Positions 32,313 to 43,170 are shown, counted from the whole stretch's first letter. The stretch is 63,334 nt of DNA, filler included, from Deltaproteobacteria bacterium (GCA_016218805.1; 4 parts of 4 records of this genome joined end to end with filler, not necessarily neighbours in it), one strand, 5' to 3'. Translations and numbers: made by a program. Notes: generated by a model not told the origin, from the sequence alone.

Positions 32313-33635
32313 TCAGGTGACCACGCGCAGGTGGGGTCTTGTCGACGGTGCCGGCGGGGTCATCCCCGGGCGCGGGGAATAATGGCACCAACCGTCCGGG
32401 TCCGAAAGGCCGCCGCCGACGTGCAGGGCGCGGACGCGGCAGCCGCCACGGCACGTTTCGTAATGGAGGCAGGTGGCGCAGTAGGGGCCGGGGGCGGCCG
32501 CGCGCAGGTCCAGGAACGTGCTGCCGCCCGCCCACAGTTGGGCGAGTGACGACGTCCGCACGTTCCCCGCGATGAAGCTGCCCGGCAGGTTGAGGCACGG
32601 GGTGACGTCCCCCGTGGGGGCAATGCCCAGCACCACGCGGGAGGCCACGCAGCCGAACCCGTCGAAACCGGGGATGCCCTGCTCATGCGGGTGGGGCGCG
32701 TCCAGCGCCAGGCCCAGCGCTTCGGCGCGTGGGCGGGCGGCGTCCACCGCGCGGGCGAACGTGTCGCGGTCACAGGTGAGGCTGTCGTCATGGCGGGCTT
32801 CGCCGGCGGGGTAGGCGGGGCGCAGCAGCAGCACGCGCGCGCCGACGCGGTGGGCCAGCTCCACCAGGCCCGGGGTGGTGGCGGCGTTGTGCGGGGTGAT
32901 GGTGACGTTGAGGTTGAACCCCGGTGGGTAGGCGGTGCGCAGGCGCTCCATGCCGCGCAGCGTGCTGGCAAACGTGCCTTCACCGCGGATGGCGTCGTTG
33001 GTGGCGGGATCCGGACCGTCCAGGCTCACGGCCAGCCCGGCCGGCGGGCAGCGCGCCAGCTCGGACAGCGCCTCGTCACGCAGCAGCGACGCGTTGGTGT
33101 GCACGTAGGCGTCCACCCCCAGCCCATGCGCGTGCCGGACCATGGCGGCGAGGTCCCGGCGGAGGAACGGCTCACCGCCACCCAGCACCAGCTTCATGCA
33201 CCCGGCCGCCGCCAGCTGCCCGGTGAGCGCGCGGATCTCGTCGAGCGTGAGTTCGCCCGGCGCGCGCCGGCCCGAGGAGGAATAGCAGTGCGCGCAGGAG
33301 TAGTTGCACGCCAGCGTCACACCCAGGTGCGCCACCAGCGGCGCGCCGAACGCCCCGGGGACCTCCGGTGGCTCCACCACGCGCCCGGCGAACACCCCGT
33401 CGTCGTCGAGCGCGCCCAGCTCGCGCAGGGTCCGGGCGGTGTCGGTGGCCGTGTCACCGTCGGTGCGGTCGGCGAGCAGCGCCACGGCGGAGTCCGCGCC
33501 GATATCCTGGGCCGCGGTGAGCAGGAACGCCTCGGCGGCGGTGCGGCGCGTGTAGGCGTGCGCGGCGCGGTCATACAGCAGGGGCGGGCCCTGGGCCTCC
33601 ACGCGCAGCGTGAAGGGAAAGGGTGGGGCGCTCAC
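32313..33635 (-). CDS. Radical SAM/SPASM-domain protein with RRE/PqqD-like N-terminus
   Basis: CNYSCAHC (CxxxCxxC), LGGGEPF, VSLDG; 7-Cys SPASM C-x17-C...CATCLHYETCRGGC-x17-C; GTG start overlaps the alr stop (GTGA). Confidence 0.9.
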   Translation of the reverse strand: MSAPPFPFTLRVEAQGPPLLYDRAAHAYTRRTAAEAFLLTAAQDIGADSAVALLADRTDGDTATDTARTLRELGALDDDGVFAGRVVEPPEVPGAFGAPLVAHLGVTLACNYSCAHCYSSSGRRAPGELTLDEIRALTGQLAAAGCMKLVLGGGEPFLRRDLAAMVRHAHGLGVDAYVHTNASLLRDEALSELARCPPAGLAVSLDGPDPATNDAIRGEGTFASTLRGMERLRTAYPPGFNLNVTITPHNAATTPGLVELAHRVGARVLLLRPAYPAGEARHDDSLTCDRDTFARAVDAARPRAEALGLALDAPHPHEQGIPGFDGFGCVASRVVLGIAPTGDVTPCLNLPGSFIAGNVRTSSLAQLWAGGSTFLDLRAAAPGPYCATCLHYETCRGGCRVRALHVGGGLSDPDGWCHYSPRPGMTPPAPSTRPHLRVVT

Positions 33636-34801
33636 GCGCGGGACTCGGGGCCGTTGAGGGTGCTGGTGGCCACCACGCGGCCGCCGCGCAGGTACAGGCG
33701 GGGCACGCGCTCGCGGACCCCGGCCAGGATCTCCCAGGAGATGCTGTCCGCCCACGTGGCCAGGTCATCCGCGTCAATGCGGTCACTGCCCTGCTCACCG
33801 AGCAGGACCACCTCGTCGCCCGCGGAGACGCCCTCAATGTGCGTGACGTCCACCATGCACATGTCCATGGCCACGCGGCCGGCGATGGGCGCGCGTTCGC
33901 CGCGGATGAGCACCTGCGCGCGGCCCGACAGGCGCCGCATCAGCCCGTCCGCGTAGCCGGCCATCACCAGCGCCACGGTGGCGGGCAGCTCCGCGCGCCA
34001 GGTGCGCCCGTAACCCACCGTGGCGCCCGGCGGCAGCGCGCTCACACGCACCACGCGGCTCTTGAGGGAGAGCACACGCTGGAGCGGCACGTCCACGCCG
34101 CAGCGCGGGGCGGGGTGGTAGCCGTACAGACCCAGGCCCGTGCGCACCAGTTCCAAACGCATTTCCGGGTTGTCCAGCACGCTGGCGGTGGCCGCGCAGT
34201 GGCGCAGCGGGATCCACGGCAGGCGCGTGTGCGCGTCCACCAGGCGCTGGAACTGCTGGCGCGTGAAGGTCTTGTCGCCCTCCTCGGCCGCGGCAAAGTG
34301 CGTGAACAGTCCTTCAATGACGATGCGCGGCAGCGCGCGCATGCGCTCCGCGGCCGGTACCAACGTGTCCGGCACCAGGCCGTGGCGGTTGAGCCCCGTC
34401 TCCACCTCCAGGTGCACCGGCTGGTCCACGTTGGCGCGCGCCGCCTCCCGGCTCAGGGCGTCCGCCAGCGCCGGGTCATGCACGCTGGGCGTCAGGGCAT
34501 GCGCCACCACGTCACGCGCCTGGGCTTCCGGCGTGAAGCCCAGCACCAGGATGGGCGCGCGGAGGCCCGCGCGGCGCAGCTGGATGCCCTCGTCCACGCA
34601 GATGACCGCCAGCCGTTCCGCGCCCGCCTGCACCGCCGCGCGCGCCACCTCCACCGCACCGTGGCCGTACGCGTTGGCCTTCACCACCGCGCACAGCCGC
34701 GCGGGCGCGGCGCGTTCGCGCAGCACCGTCACGTTGTGCGCCAGCGCGTCAAGGTCAATCTCCGCCCACACCGGGCGGCCCTGCCATGGGGGGGAGGACA
34801 T
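33632..34801 (-). CDS. alr: Alanine racemase
   Basis: AVVKANAYGHG (PLP lysine), ETGLNRHG, FTHFA, VGYGRTW, GYADG, GRVAMD. Confidence 0.93.
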   Translation of the reverse strand: MSSPPWQGRPVWAEIDLDALAHNVTVLRERAAPARLCAVVKANAYGHGAVEVARAAVQAGAERLAVICVDEGIQLRRAGLRAPILVLGFTPEAQARDVVAHALTPSVHDPALADALSREAARANVDQPVHLEVETGLNRHGLVPDTLVPAAERMRALPRIVIEGLFTHFAAAEEGDKTFTRQQFQRLVDAHTRLPWIPLRHCAATASVLDNPEMRLELVRTGLGLYGYHPAPRCGVDVPLQRVLSLKSRVVRVSALPPGATVGYGRTWRAELPATVALVMAGYADGLMRRLSGRAQVLIRGERAPIAGRVAMDMCMVDVTHIEGVSAGDEVVLLGEQGSDRIDADDLATWADSISWEILAGVRERVPRLYLRGGRVVATSTLNGPESRA

Positions 34802-34918
34802 GGACGGGGAACAATAGGCCACCGCACGCACAGGCGACACGCGCCGCGGGGGGCTTGCACGCGCCCGCGCGGCGGGAGGACAAAGCGCGCGCCCGGGACC
34901 GGGCGTGGGAGGTGCATC

Positions 34919-35935
34919 ATGCGGGGTGCGGTTCGCGTGGGTGTCGTCGGGTTGGTGCTGTGCGCAGGTGGCGGCGCGTGGGCAGCCAAGAAGGCGGCGC
35001 CGTGCAAGCCCAAGGACTCTTTCCAGGTTGCCGGCGGCGGCATCCGCGCCATGGCGCTGAGCGCCGACGGCAAGGTGATGGTCACCGCCAACAAGGACGG
35101 CACCATCCGCGTCATGGACGCCAAGGGGAAGGCCCAGAAGGTCCTAAAGGGTCACACCGCGGAGGCCACCTCCGTGGCCATCAGCCCTGACGGGCGCGTG
35201 GCGGCCAGCGGGAGTGAAGACAAGAAGGTCATGCTGTGGGACCTGGCAAAGGCCAAGCAGCGCGCGGTGATCAGTTCGCACGAGAACACCGTGAGCGGCG
35301 TGGCGTTCGCGCCCGACGGGAAGACCGTCTACAGCGTGTCATTGGACCGCAAGCTGGGCGCGTGGAACCCGGAGGACGGCGCCAAGGTGGGCCTGTGGGG
35401 TGGCCAGGGTTGCCTGCTCAACGGCGTGGCCATCAGCCGCAGCACCTACCCCGACGGGTCCGGCATGGCCGGCACCGCGTGCAACGATGGCCTGGCGCGC
35501 CTGTGGAACCTGCGCACGGGCAAGGCGGTCACCGCGCTGGAGGGCCACGAAGGCGAGGTGCAGGCCGTTGCGTTTGCCCCCAAGGCGACCGAGGGCGACC
35601 ACGAGATGATCAGCGGCGACAACGACGGGAAGGTCATTGTGTGGGACGTCACCAGCAAGAAGGGGCGGCTGGTGCTGGATGCGGGGTGGAACAGCGCGGT
35701 GAGCTTCTCGCCGGACAACAAGCTCATTGTGGCGGCGGGCAATGACATGGCCGCGCACGGGATGTTCAAGCTGTGGGAGTCTGACCAGGGGAAGCTGCTC
35801 AACGAGCAGTTCCCGCACGAAGGGAACATCACCGGCGTCGCCTTCAGCCCCGACGCAAAGCTGCTGTACACCGCCGGCATGGACGAGGCGGTCAAGACCT
35901 GGGACGTGGAGCAACTCAAGAAGGGCTGCAACTGA
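34919..35935 (+). CDS. Secreted WD40-repeat beta-propeller protein
   Basis: Signal peptide followed by about seven GH...SPDG...WD repeats; GGAGG RBS. Confidence 0.88.
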   Translation: MRGAVRVGVVGLVLCAGGGAWAAKKAAPCKPKDSFQVAGGGIRAMALSADGKVMVTANKDGTIRVMDAKGKAQKVLKGHTAEATSVAISPDGRVAASGSEDKKVMLWDLAKAKQRAVISSHENTVSGVAFAPDGKTVYSVSLDRKLGAWNPEDGAKVGLWGGQGCLLNGVAISRSTYPDGSGMAGTACNDGLARLWNLRTGKAVTALEGHEGEVQAVAFAPKATEGDHEMISGDNDGKVIVWDVTSKKGRLVLDAGWNSAVSFSPDNKLIVAAGNDMAAHGMFKLWESDQGKLLNEQFPHEGNITGVAFSPDAKLLYTAGMDEAVKTWDVEQLKKGCN

Positions 35936-36075
35936 GACCACAAGCGGGGCGTCGGCGGACACCGGCACGGCCAGGCGATGGATGCCGGAACAGGCGCGGG
36001 GAGGGGGCCGCCCGTGGGATGCCCGCCACCGCGGAACGCTGACCCCGGGGCGACATGGGTGTGTGGTGCTGGAAT

Positions 36076-36093
36076 CGTAATGTGAACATTACG
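36076..36093. promoter_or_regulatory. Perfect inverted repeat, candidate operator upstream of the pfa cluster
   Basis: CGTAATGT-GA-ACATTACG in a 500-nt intergenic region. Confidence 0.55.
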
Positions 36094-36436
36094 GTGCGGC
36101 GGCGGCCACCGCCGCGTTCCCCCCGGACGCCCCCTCCAAGCTCTACCCGGCCTCACCCGGCGCAGCCGCTCCGGGTAGGCGCTGCCTCCCAAGCGCCTCC
36201 CCAGGGGACCGTGATCCCAAACCCGGTCCCCGGGAAGCGTGCGCAGCCGCCTGCGCACCGTGACACTGAACGAAAGGGCAGTTTCTGCCGGACGGGAGCG
36301 GCCCGGTGGGACGGGGTGCGTAAGGCCGTTCGCACCGGCGGGCCGGCCGACGACAGCGCGGTGACCGGCGGGTTTGCATGCCGCGCGGCGATTTTGTATC
36401 CGCACGCGCCCCTGATCGCGGGGGAGGAGGCGTCCG

Positions 36437-37138
36437 ATGACGCAGGTCCGACTGTACCGTCTCAACAGCATCCCGGAGGTCACGCCGTGGCCCGGCCGGT
36501 GGATGCTGAGCGCCCAAGAAGTGGCCCGCTCCAACCGTTGGCTCAACCCCGCACGCCGCAACGAGTTCCTGTGGGGCCGCGCCCTGATGCGCTACGTGAT
36601 GGCCCAGCACGGGGTTCCCCGCACCGCGCTGAAGTTTGCCCCGGGTGGCAAGCCGTTTCTGGAGGCCGGTGGTGACCTGAACCTGTCCCACGGCGCCGGC
36701 CAGGTCCTGGTGGGCTACTGCCCTGAAGGGTGGCTGGGCGTGGACGTGGAGACCCACGCGCCGCGCGACACGACGCTGATGGAGCGCTTCTTCCACGGCC
36801 ACGAACGCGACTGGATGGGGCAGGACACCGCGCGCCTGCACCGCCTGTGGACGGTGAAGGAGAGCGCGCTCAAGGCGCTGGGCACCGGCGTGTCCGGCAA
36901 CCCCGCGCGTGTGTGGTTTGACCCGGCGGGCGGCGGCATCACCGTGATGGACGCGCCGGTGCCGCAGGCCTGTGATGCCTGGTGGATGGAGGGCGACGGC
37001 TGGACCGCGGCCGCCGTCCACGTGCGGGTGAGCGCGCACGCCCCGCGCGCGCAATGGGAACAGTGCCACCTCACTGCGTCCGACGTGCTGGGTTGGATGG
37101 AGCGCTCGGGCCGGACGGAGGCGAGGGTTCAGGCATGA
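36437..37138 (+). CDS. 4'-phosphopantetheinyl transferase (Sfp type, PfaE-like)
   Basis: GKP, NLSH, GVDVE, WTVKESALKA; GGAGG RBS. Confidence 0.9.
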   Translation: MTQVRLYRLNSIPEVTPWPGRWMLSAQEVARSNRWLNPARRNEFLWGRALMRYVMAQHGVPRTALKFAPGGKPFLEAGGDLNLSHGAGQVLVGYCPEGWLGVDVETHAPRDTTLMERFFHGHERDWMGQDTARLHRLWTVKESALKALGTGVSGNPARVWFDPAGGGITVMDAPVPQACDAWWMEGDGWTAAAVHVRVSAHAPRAQWEQCHLTASDVLGWMERSGRTEARVQA

Positions 37139-38778
37139 CGACGATGGCGGTGGATGGCGCGGCCACGACGACGGGGCGCCGCGCGCTGGGGCGTTGGACC
37201 GGGGATGCGGCGGCGCTGCAGTTCGGCCCGCAGGGACTGGTGAACGCGCTGCAGGCGGTGGACCAGGTGGCGTACTTTGTGGACGCCGGCGGCGAGGTGG
37301 CCGCGGCGCTCTCCGGTGAAGCGCACGTGGGCCGGACCACCGGCGGCGGGCACGCGCTGCTGGGCGTGGTGCCGCCCGTCTCTCCGCAGGCGCTGGGTGA
37401 CCCCGCGTTCCTGCACGTCCATGCGCTTGCCTACCCGTACATGACCGGCGCCATGGCCAACGGCATTGCCAGCGCGGACCTGGTCATTGCTGCGGGGAAG
37501 AACGGCCTGCTGGGCAGCTACGGCGCCGCCGGCCAGCCGCTGGACCGGGTGGAACAGGACGTGGGCCGCATCCAGGCCGCGCTGCCGGGCCTGCCCTACG
37601 CGGTGAACCTCATCCACAGCCCCAATGAGCCTGGCATTGAACAGCGCACCATGGAGCTGTTCATCCGCATGGGCGTGACGACGGTGGAAGCCAGCGCCTA
37701 CCTGGGCCTCACACCCATGATCGTGCAGTACCGGCTCACCGGGCTCACGCGCGGTGCGGACGGGTTTGTCGTGGCCCGGCACCGGGTCATTGCCAAGATC
37801 AGCCGCTCGGAAACCGCGCGGCAGTTCATGGCGCCCGCACCCGAGGCGATGGTGCAGGCGCTGCTCCGGGACGGGAAGATCACCGCCGCGGAGGCGGAGC
37901 TGGCCCGGGACATTGCCGTGGCGGACGACGTGATTGTGGAGGCGGACAGCGGCGGGCACACGGACAACCGCCCGCTGGTGGTGCTGCTGCCCATCATCCT
38001 GCACCTGCGTGACACGCTGGGAACGCGCGGGACCCACGGCTACCCGGTGCGCGTGGGCGCGGCGGGCGGCATCAGCACGCCGGCCTCCGTGGCCAGCGCG
38101 TTCCAGATGGGGGCCGCGTTTGTGGTCACCGGCAGCGTGAACCAGGCGGCCGTGGAAAGCGGTACCAGCGCGCGCGCGCGCCAGATGCTGTGCCAGGCGG
38201 ACATGGCGGACGTGACCATGGCGCCGGCCGCGGACATGTTTGAGATGGGCGTGAAGCTGCAGGTGCTCAAGAAGGGCACCATGTTCGCCATGCGCGCGCA
38301 GAAGCTCCATGACCTGTACCGCGCGCATGATTCGCTGGACGCGATTCCCGCCGACGAGTTGAAGCGGCTGGAGACGCAGGTGTTCAAGCGCAGCGCCGCC
38401 GAGGTGTGGGCGGACACGCAGCGCTACTGGCAGAAGATGGACCCCAAGCAGGTGGACCGTGCGCTGGCCAATCCCAAGCACAAGATGGCGCTGTGCTTCC
38501 GCTGGTACCTGGGGCTGGGCAGCCGCTGGGCCATTGGTGGCGACGACACGCGCGCCATGGACTACCAGGTGTGGTGCGGCCCCGCGATGGGCGCGTTCAA
38601 TGACTGGGTGAAAGGCACGGTGCTGGACCCGCCGGAGGCGCGCCGCACCGTGCAGATTGCCCGCAACCTGCTGGACGGCGCGGCGGCCATCACGCGCGCG
38701 CACGTGGCGCGTTCGCAGGGTGTGCCGGTTCCTGAAGAAGCTTTCCAATTCATTCCCCGCGCCTATCCCGTTGCCTGA
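37135..38778 (+). CDS. pfaD: PUFA synthase enoyl reductase (PfaD/Pfa1)
   Basis: GAMANGIAS, NLIHSP, VEASAY, EADSGGHTD, GAAGGI, APAADMFEMG, FRWY, QVWCGPAMGAFN; ATGA overlap. Confidence 0.93.
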   Translation: MTTMAVDGAATTTGRRALGRWTGDAAALQFGPQGLVNALQAVDQVAYFVDAGGEVAAALSGEAHVGRTTGGGHALLGVVPPVSPQALGDPAFLHVHALAYPYMTGAMANGIASADLVIAAGKNGLLGSYGAAGQPLDRVEQDVGRIQAALPGLPYAVNLIHSPNEPGIEQRTMELFIRMGVTTVEASAYLGLTPMIVQYRLTGLTRGADGFVVARHRVIAKISRSETARQFMAPAPEAMVQALLRDGKITAAEAELARDIAVADDVIVEADSGGHTDNRPLVVLLPIILHLRDTLGTRGTHGYPVRVGAAGGISTPASVASAFQMGAAFVVTGSVNQAAVESGTSARARQMLCQADMADVTMAPAADMFEMGVKLQVLKKGTMFAMRAQKLHDLYRAHDSLDAIPADELKRLETQVFKRSAAEVWADTQRYWQKMDPKQVDRALANPKHKMALCFRWYLGLGSRWAIGGDDTRAMDYQVWCGPAMGAFNDWVKGTVLDPPEARRTVQIARNLLDGAAAITRAHVARSQGVPVPEEAFQFIPRAYPVA

Positions 38779-38791
38779 GGAAACCCGCTTC

Positions 38792-41700
38792 ATGACAACC
38801 AGCTCCGCGAAGTCCTCCCAGGGTGGTACCGCACCGCAGGAAATGTTTGACGCCAACGAGCCCATTGCCATCATTGGCATGGCGGCGCTGTTCCCCAAGG
38901 CGGCGGACCTGGGGCAGTACTGGCGCAACATTGTGAACAAGGAGGATTGCATCAGCGAAGTGCCCGCCACCCACTGGAGCATTGACGACTATTACGACCC
39001 GGACCCCAAGGCGCCGGACAAGACGTACTGCAAGCGGGGCGGGTTCATCCCCGACGTGAAGTTTGACCCCGCGGCGTTTGGCATCCCGCCGCACGTGGTC
39101 AAGGCCACGGACACCGGCCAGTTGCTGGGGCTGCACGTGGCCGCGGCGGCTCTCAAGGACGCGCGCCTGGAAGAAAAGAAGGAATTTGACCGGGACATGT
39201 GCAACGTGATCCTGGGGGTTGGCGGCGGGCAGGAGCAGGGCCGGACGCTGGACAACCGCATCCGCACGCCGGTGTGGCGCCGCACCATGATTGAACAGGG
39301 TGTGGACCCCGCGGTGGCGGACAGCCTGTGCAAGGCGATTGCGGCGCAATTCCCGCAATGGGAGGAGAACAGCTTCCCCGGCCTGCTGGGCAATGTGGTC
39401 AGCGGGCGCATTGCCAACCGCCTCAACCTGGGGGGCACCAACCTCACCGTGGACGCGGCGTGCGCCTCCGGACTGGCCGCCGCGCACACCGCGGTGGCGG
39501 AGCTGCGCGGGCGGCTGGCCAACATCAGCCTCACGGGCGCCGTGGACGCGGACAATGACGTGTTCATGTTCATGTGCTTCTCCAAGACGCCCGCGTTCAG
39601 CGCCTCCAATGAAGCGCGGCCGTTTGACGCCAAGGGCGACGGCATCCTGATTGCCGAGGGCGTGGGCATGTGCGTGCTCAAGCGCCTGGCGGACGCCGAA
39701 CGCGACGGCGACCGCATCTACGCGGTCATCCGCTCCATCGGGACCAGCTCGGACGGGCGCTACAAGTCCATCTACGCGCCCAACCCGGACGGGCAATCCA
39801 AGGCGTTGCACCGCGCGTACACCATGGCGGGTTTTTCGCCGGAGACCGTGGAGCTGGTGGAGGCGCACGGCACCGGGACCAAGGCCGGGGATTTTGCGGA
39901 ATTCTCCGGGCTCAACCGCGCGTTCCGGCAGTACAAGGCGGAAGGCCAGTGGTGCGCGCTGGGCAGCGTCAAGAGCCAGATTGGCCACAGCAAGGGCGTG
40001 GCGGGGATTGCCGGGCTCATCAAGGCGGTGATGGCGGTGCATGAGAAGGTGCTGCCGCCCACCATCAAGGTGACCGAGCCCAACCCGAAGATGGAGATTG
40101 AAAAGACGCCATTCTACCTCAACACCGAGGCGCGGCCGTGGTTCCGTCCCACCGGCAGCCACCCGCGGCGCGCGGGGGTGTCCGCGTTTGGTTTTGGCGG
40201 CACCAACTTCCACTGCGTGTTGGAGGAGTACGTCCAGCCCGCGGGCCAGGAGCCCGCGCTCACCGTGCCCGCGCCCACCGCGCTGTTTGTGCTGGGCGGG
40301 CAGACGGGAACGGACGTGGTCCGCCTGGCGGATGCGCTGGAGGCGGTGCTGCACAAGGACCCGGACGCGTTCCGCCGCGAGGCGCACCGTACGCAGAAGA
40401 CCTCCGTGCGCGGTGAGAAGGCGATTCTCTCCGTTGTGGCGTCGTCCGTGGCGGACCTGTCCGAGAAGCTGGCGCTGGCCCGGCGCCACATTGCCGCCAG
40501 CCCCGAGCAGATCTTCACCCAGGCCGGCGGCGTGTTCTACGGCTGGCGCGTGGACGGGAACGTGGCCCCCAAGGTGGCCGTGCTGTTCCCGGGCCAGGGC
40601 AGCCAGTACGTCAACATGGGCATGCAGTGGGCGCTGCGGTACCCGGAGGTACGCCGCGCGTTTGAAGACGCGGACCGCCTGATGCTGGAGGCGGGCGAAA
40701 CACCGCTCAGCCAGGTGGCGTTCCCGCACCCCACCTTCACCCGGGATTCCGGTGACACCGATGACAAGCGGCTCACCGAGACGCGGTGGGCCCAGCCCGC
40801 GCTGGGCGCGCTGTCCATGGGCCTGTATGACGTGCTGAAGAAACTCGGACTTTCGGCGGATTTCTTTGGTGGGCACAGCTACGGCGAATTGGCCGCATTG
40901 TGGGCGGCGGGCGTGCTGGGGAAGGATGATTTCCTTGCCTTGTCCCGCGCGCGCGGCACGCTGATGGGCCAGGCCGCCAGTGCGCTGGAGCGCTCCGGCA
41001 TGAGTTCCGCGCAGGGTCCCGTGGCCACCATGCAGCACGTGCTCCCGTCACTGAGCCGCGACGTGATTGTGGCGAACATCAACAGCCCGGAACAGTGCGT
41101 CATTGCCGGGCCGGTGGCGGAATTGCAGCGCATCCAGGGCTCCCTGGAAACGCAGGGATTCCTTGTGTCACCGCTCAACGTGTCCGCCGCGTTCCACAGC
41201 CCGTTTGTGGCGGCCGCCAAGGACCCGTTCTCCGCGGCGTTGCGCAAGGCGAGCTTTGGCCACGCGCGCAAACCCGTGTTTTCCAACGTGACGGCCAAGC
41301 CGTACCCGGCCAACGGCGCCGGACGCGACGTGCTGGCGGACCAGTTGGTCAAACCGGTGAACTTCCTGGGCCTGGTGCAGGAGATGTATGACTCCGGCGC
41401 GCGCGTGTTCCTGGAGGTGGGCGCCAAGGGAGTGCTGTCCGGCCTGGTGTCCCGCATCCTGGGCGACAAGCCGCACGCCGCCGTGGCCATGGACGCCTCC
41501 GCGGGCAAGACGCACGGGGACACGGCCATGCAGCTTGCCGTGGCGCAGTTGGTGTCACGCGGTGTGCACCTGGACCTCAACTACCTGGTTGACCGCGACC
41601 CGACCACGGAGCTCAAGCCGCGCGAACCCAACACCGCGACGACCATCACCATTCGCGGCCCGAACCCCAAGGCCAACCCGCCGCCCGCGCCCAAGAACCC

Positions 41701-42838
41701 ACCGCGGATTGGCCTGGTTACCACGACGGGCAGCGCCACGGTGTCCGCACCCGCACCGGCGGTTGCGCCCCCTCCCACGCCCACCGTGTCCGCGGCGCCG
41801 CGGCCCACGCCGCCGCCCCCACCACCGCCGCCCCGCGCGGCGGCCCCGGCCCCAACCACCATCATTCCTTCCATCATCCCCGCGCCGGCCACGGAACGCA
41901 TCACGTCCGTCCCGACGCCCACCGTGCAGGTCATCTCTCCCATGACAAACCCCACCAATCCCCCCAATCCCGCGCTGCTGATGTCCACGCAGGCCGCGCT
42001 TGCCGCGTTCCAGGCGCACCAGCAGCAGATGGCCATGGTGCACCATGAATTCCTGCGCGCGAGCCAGGAGGCGATGCGCACGTTCACCACGCTGTTTGAA
42101 GCGCACGCGCGCCAGATGGCGGGCGCGGGGGTCCCGCAGCTCCCGCCGCCGGCGATGACCACGCCGCCCCCGACGCTGCAGCCCATCACCGTCTACCCCT
42201 CCGTGTACACCCAGGCCGCGCCGGTGGCGGCGCCCCCGCCTCCCGTTGCGCCCGTGGTCACCGCGGCGCCTCCTCCTCCCCCGCGCGTGGTGGCGCCGGC
42301 GCCGGTTTCCATGCCGCCGCCCGCGCCCGTCGTGGCGGCCCGTCCCACACCGCCGCCCCCGCCCGCCCCTCGCCCCGCGGCTGCTGCAGCGGGTCCCGCG
42401 CAGGCGGAGCTTTCCAACGCGCTGCTCTCCGTGGTCAGTGAAAAGACCGGCTATCCGCAGGACATGCTGAAGCTGGACATGGACATGGAAGCGGATTTGG
42501 GAATTGACAGCATCAAGCGCGTGGAGATCCTGGGCGCCATGCAGGCAAAGTTCCCCAACGCGCCCAAGGTGGAGACGGAGAAACTGGGCGAATTGCACAC
42601 GCTGCAGCAGATCCTTGAATACCTGGCCCGCGGTGCCGCGGCGCCGGTGGCCGCCCGTCCCGCGGCTCCGGTGGCCGCCCCCGCCGCGGCGCCGGGCATT
42701 TCCACGTCAGAGATGACGCAGGGACTGCTGGCGGTGGTGAGCGAAAAGACCGGCTATCCCGTGGACATGCTGAAGCTGGAAATGGACATGGAGGCGGACC
42801 TGGGGATTGACAGCATCAAGCGCGTGGAAATCCTGGGC
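38792..42838 (+). CDS. pfaA: PUFA synthase/iterative type I PKS (PfaA/Pfa2-like): KS-MAT-tandem ACP; truncated at contig end
   Basis: KS DAACAS, EAHGTGT, KSQIGH; AT FPGQG, GHSYG, SAAFHS; two ACPs EKTGYP..LGIDSIKRVEIL. Confidence 0.9.
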
Positions 42839-42938
42839 NNNNNNNNNNNNNNNNNNNNNNNNNNNNNNNNNNNNNNNNNNNNTTAATTAATTAANNNNNN
42901 NNNNNNNNNNNNNNNNNNNNNNNNNNNNNNNNNNNNNN
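42839..42938. other. Artificial contig linker
   Basis: N/TTAATTAATTAA/N. Confidence 0.98.
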
Positions 42939-43170
42939 CGCAGCAGCCCCACGCACCCGTCCGCCCGCCGCGCATGCGACCGCGCCCACGCCCACGGGCC
43001 ACCTCTCCGCCGCCCACGGGTGTGATGCGGGATGGGATGGTTGTAGAACGGGAGACAGGGGCCCATGTCTCGCGGCACCTGCCAAGACGGCCCGTCAGAC
43101 GACGTCGGCCCCGCGTTGCGTTCCGGCTGGTCGCCATGGAACGGAGGCCACAACCATGGGCGATCACACC

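Noticed and set aside
33623..35935. 770-aa WD40 fusion protein
   Set aside because: The N-terminal part is the antisense of alr; the real start with RBS and signal peptide is at 34919.
36240..36330. Riboswitch upstream of the pfa operon
   Set aside because: I could not match the conserved motifs of c-di-GMP, cobalamin, SAM or TPP riboswitches.
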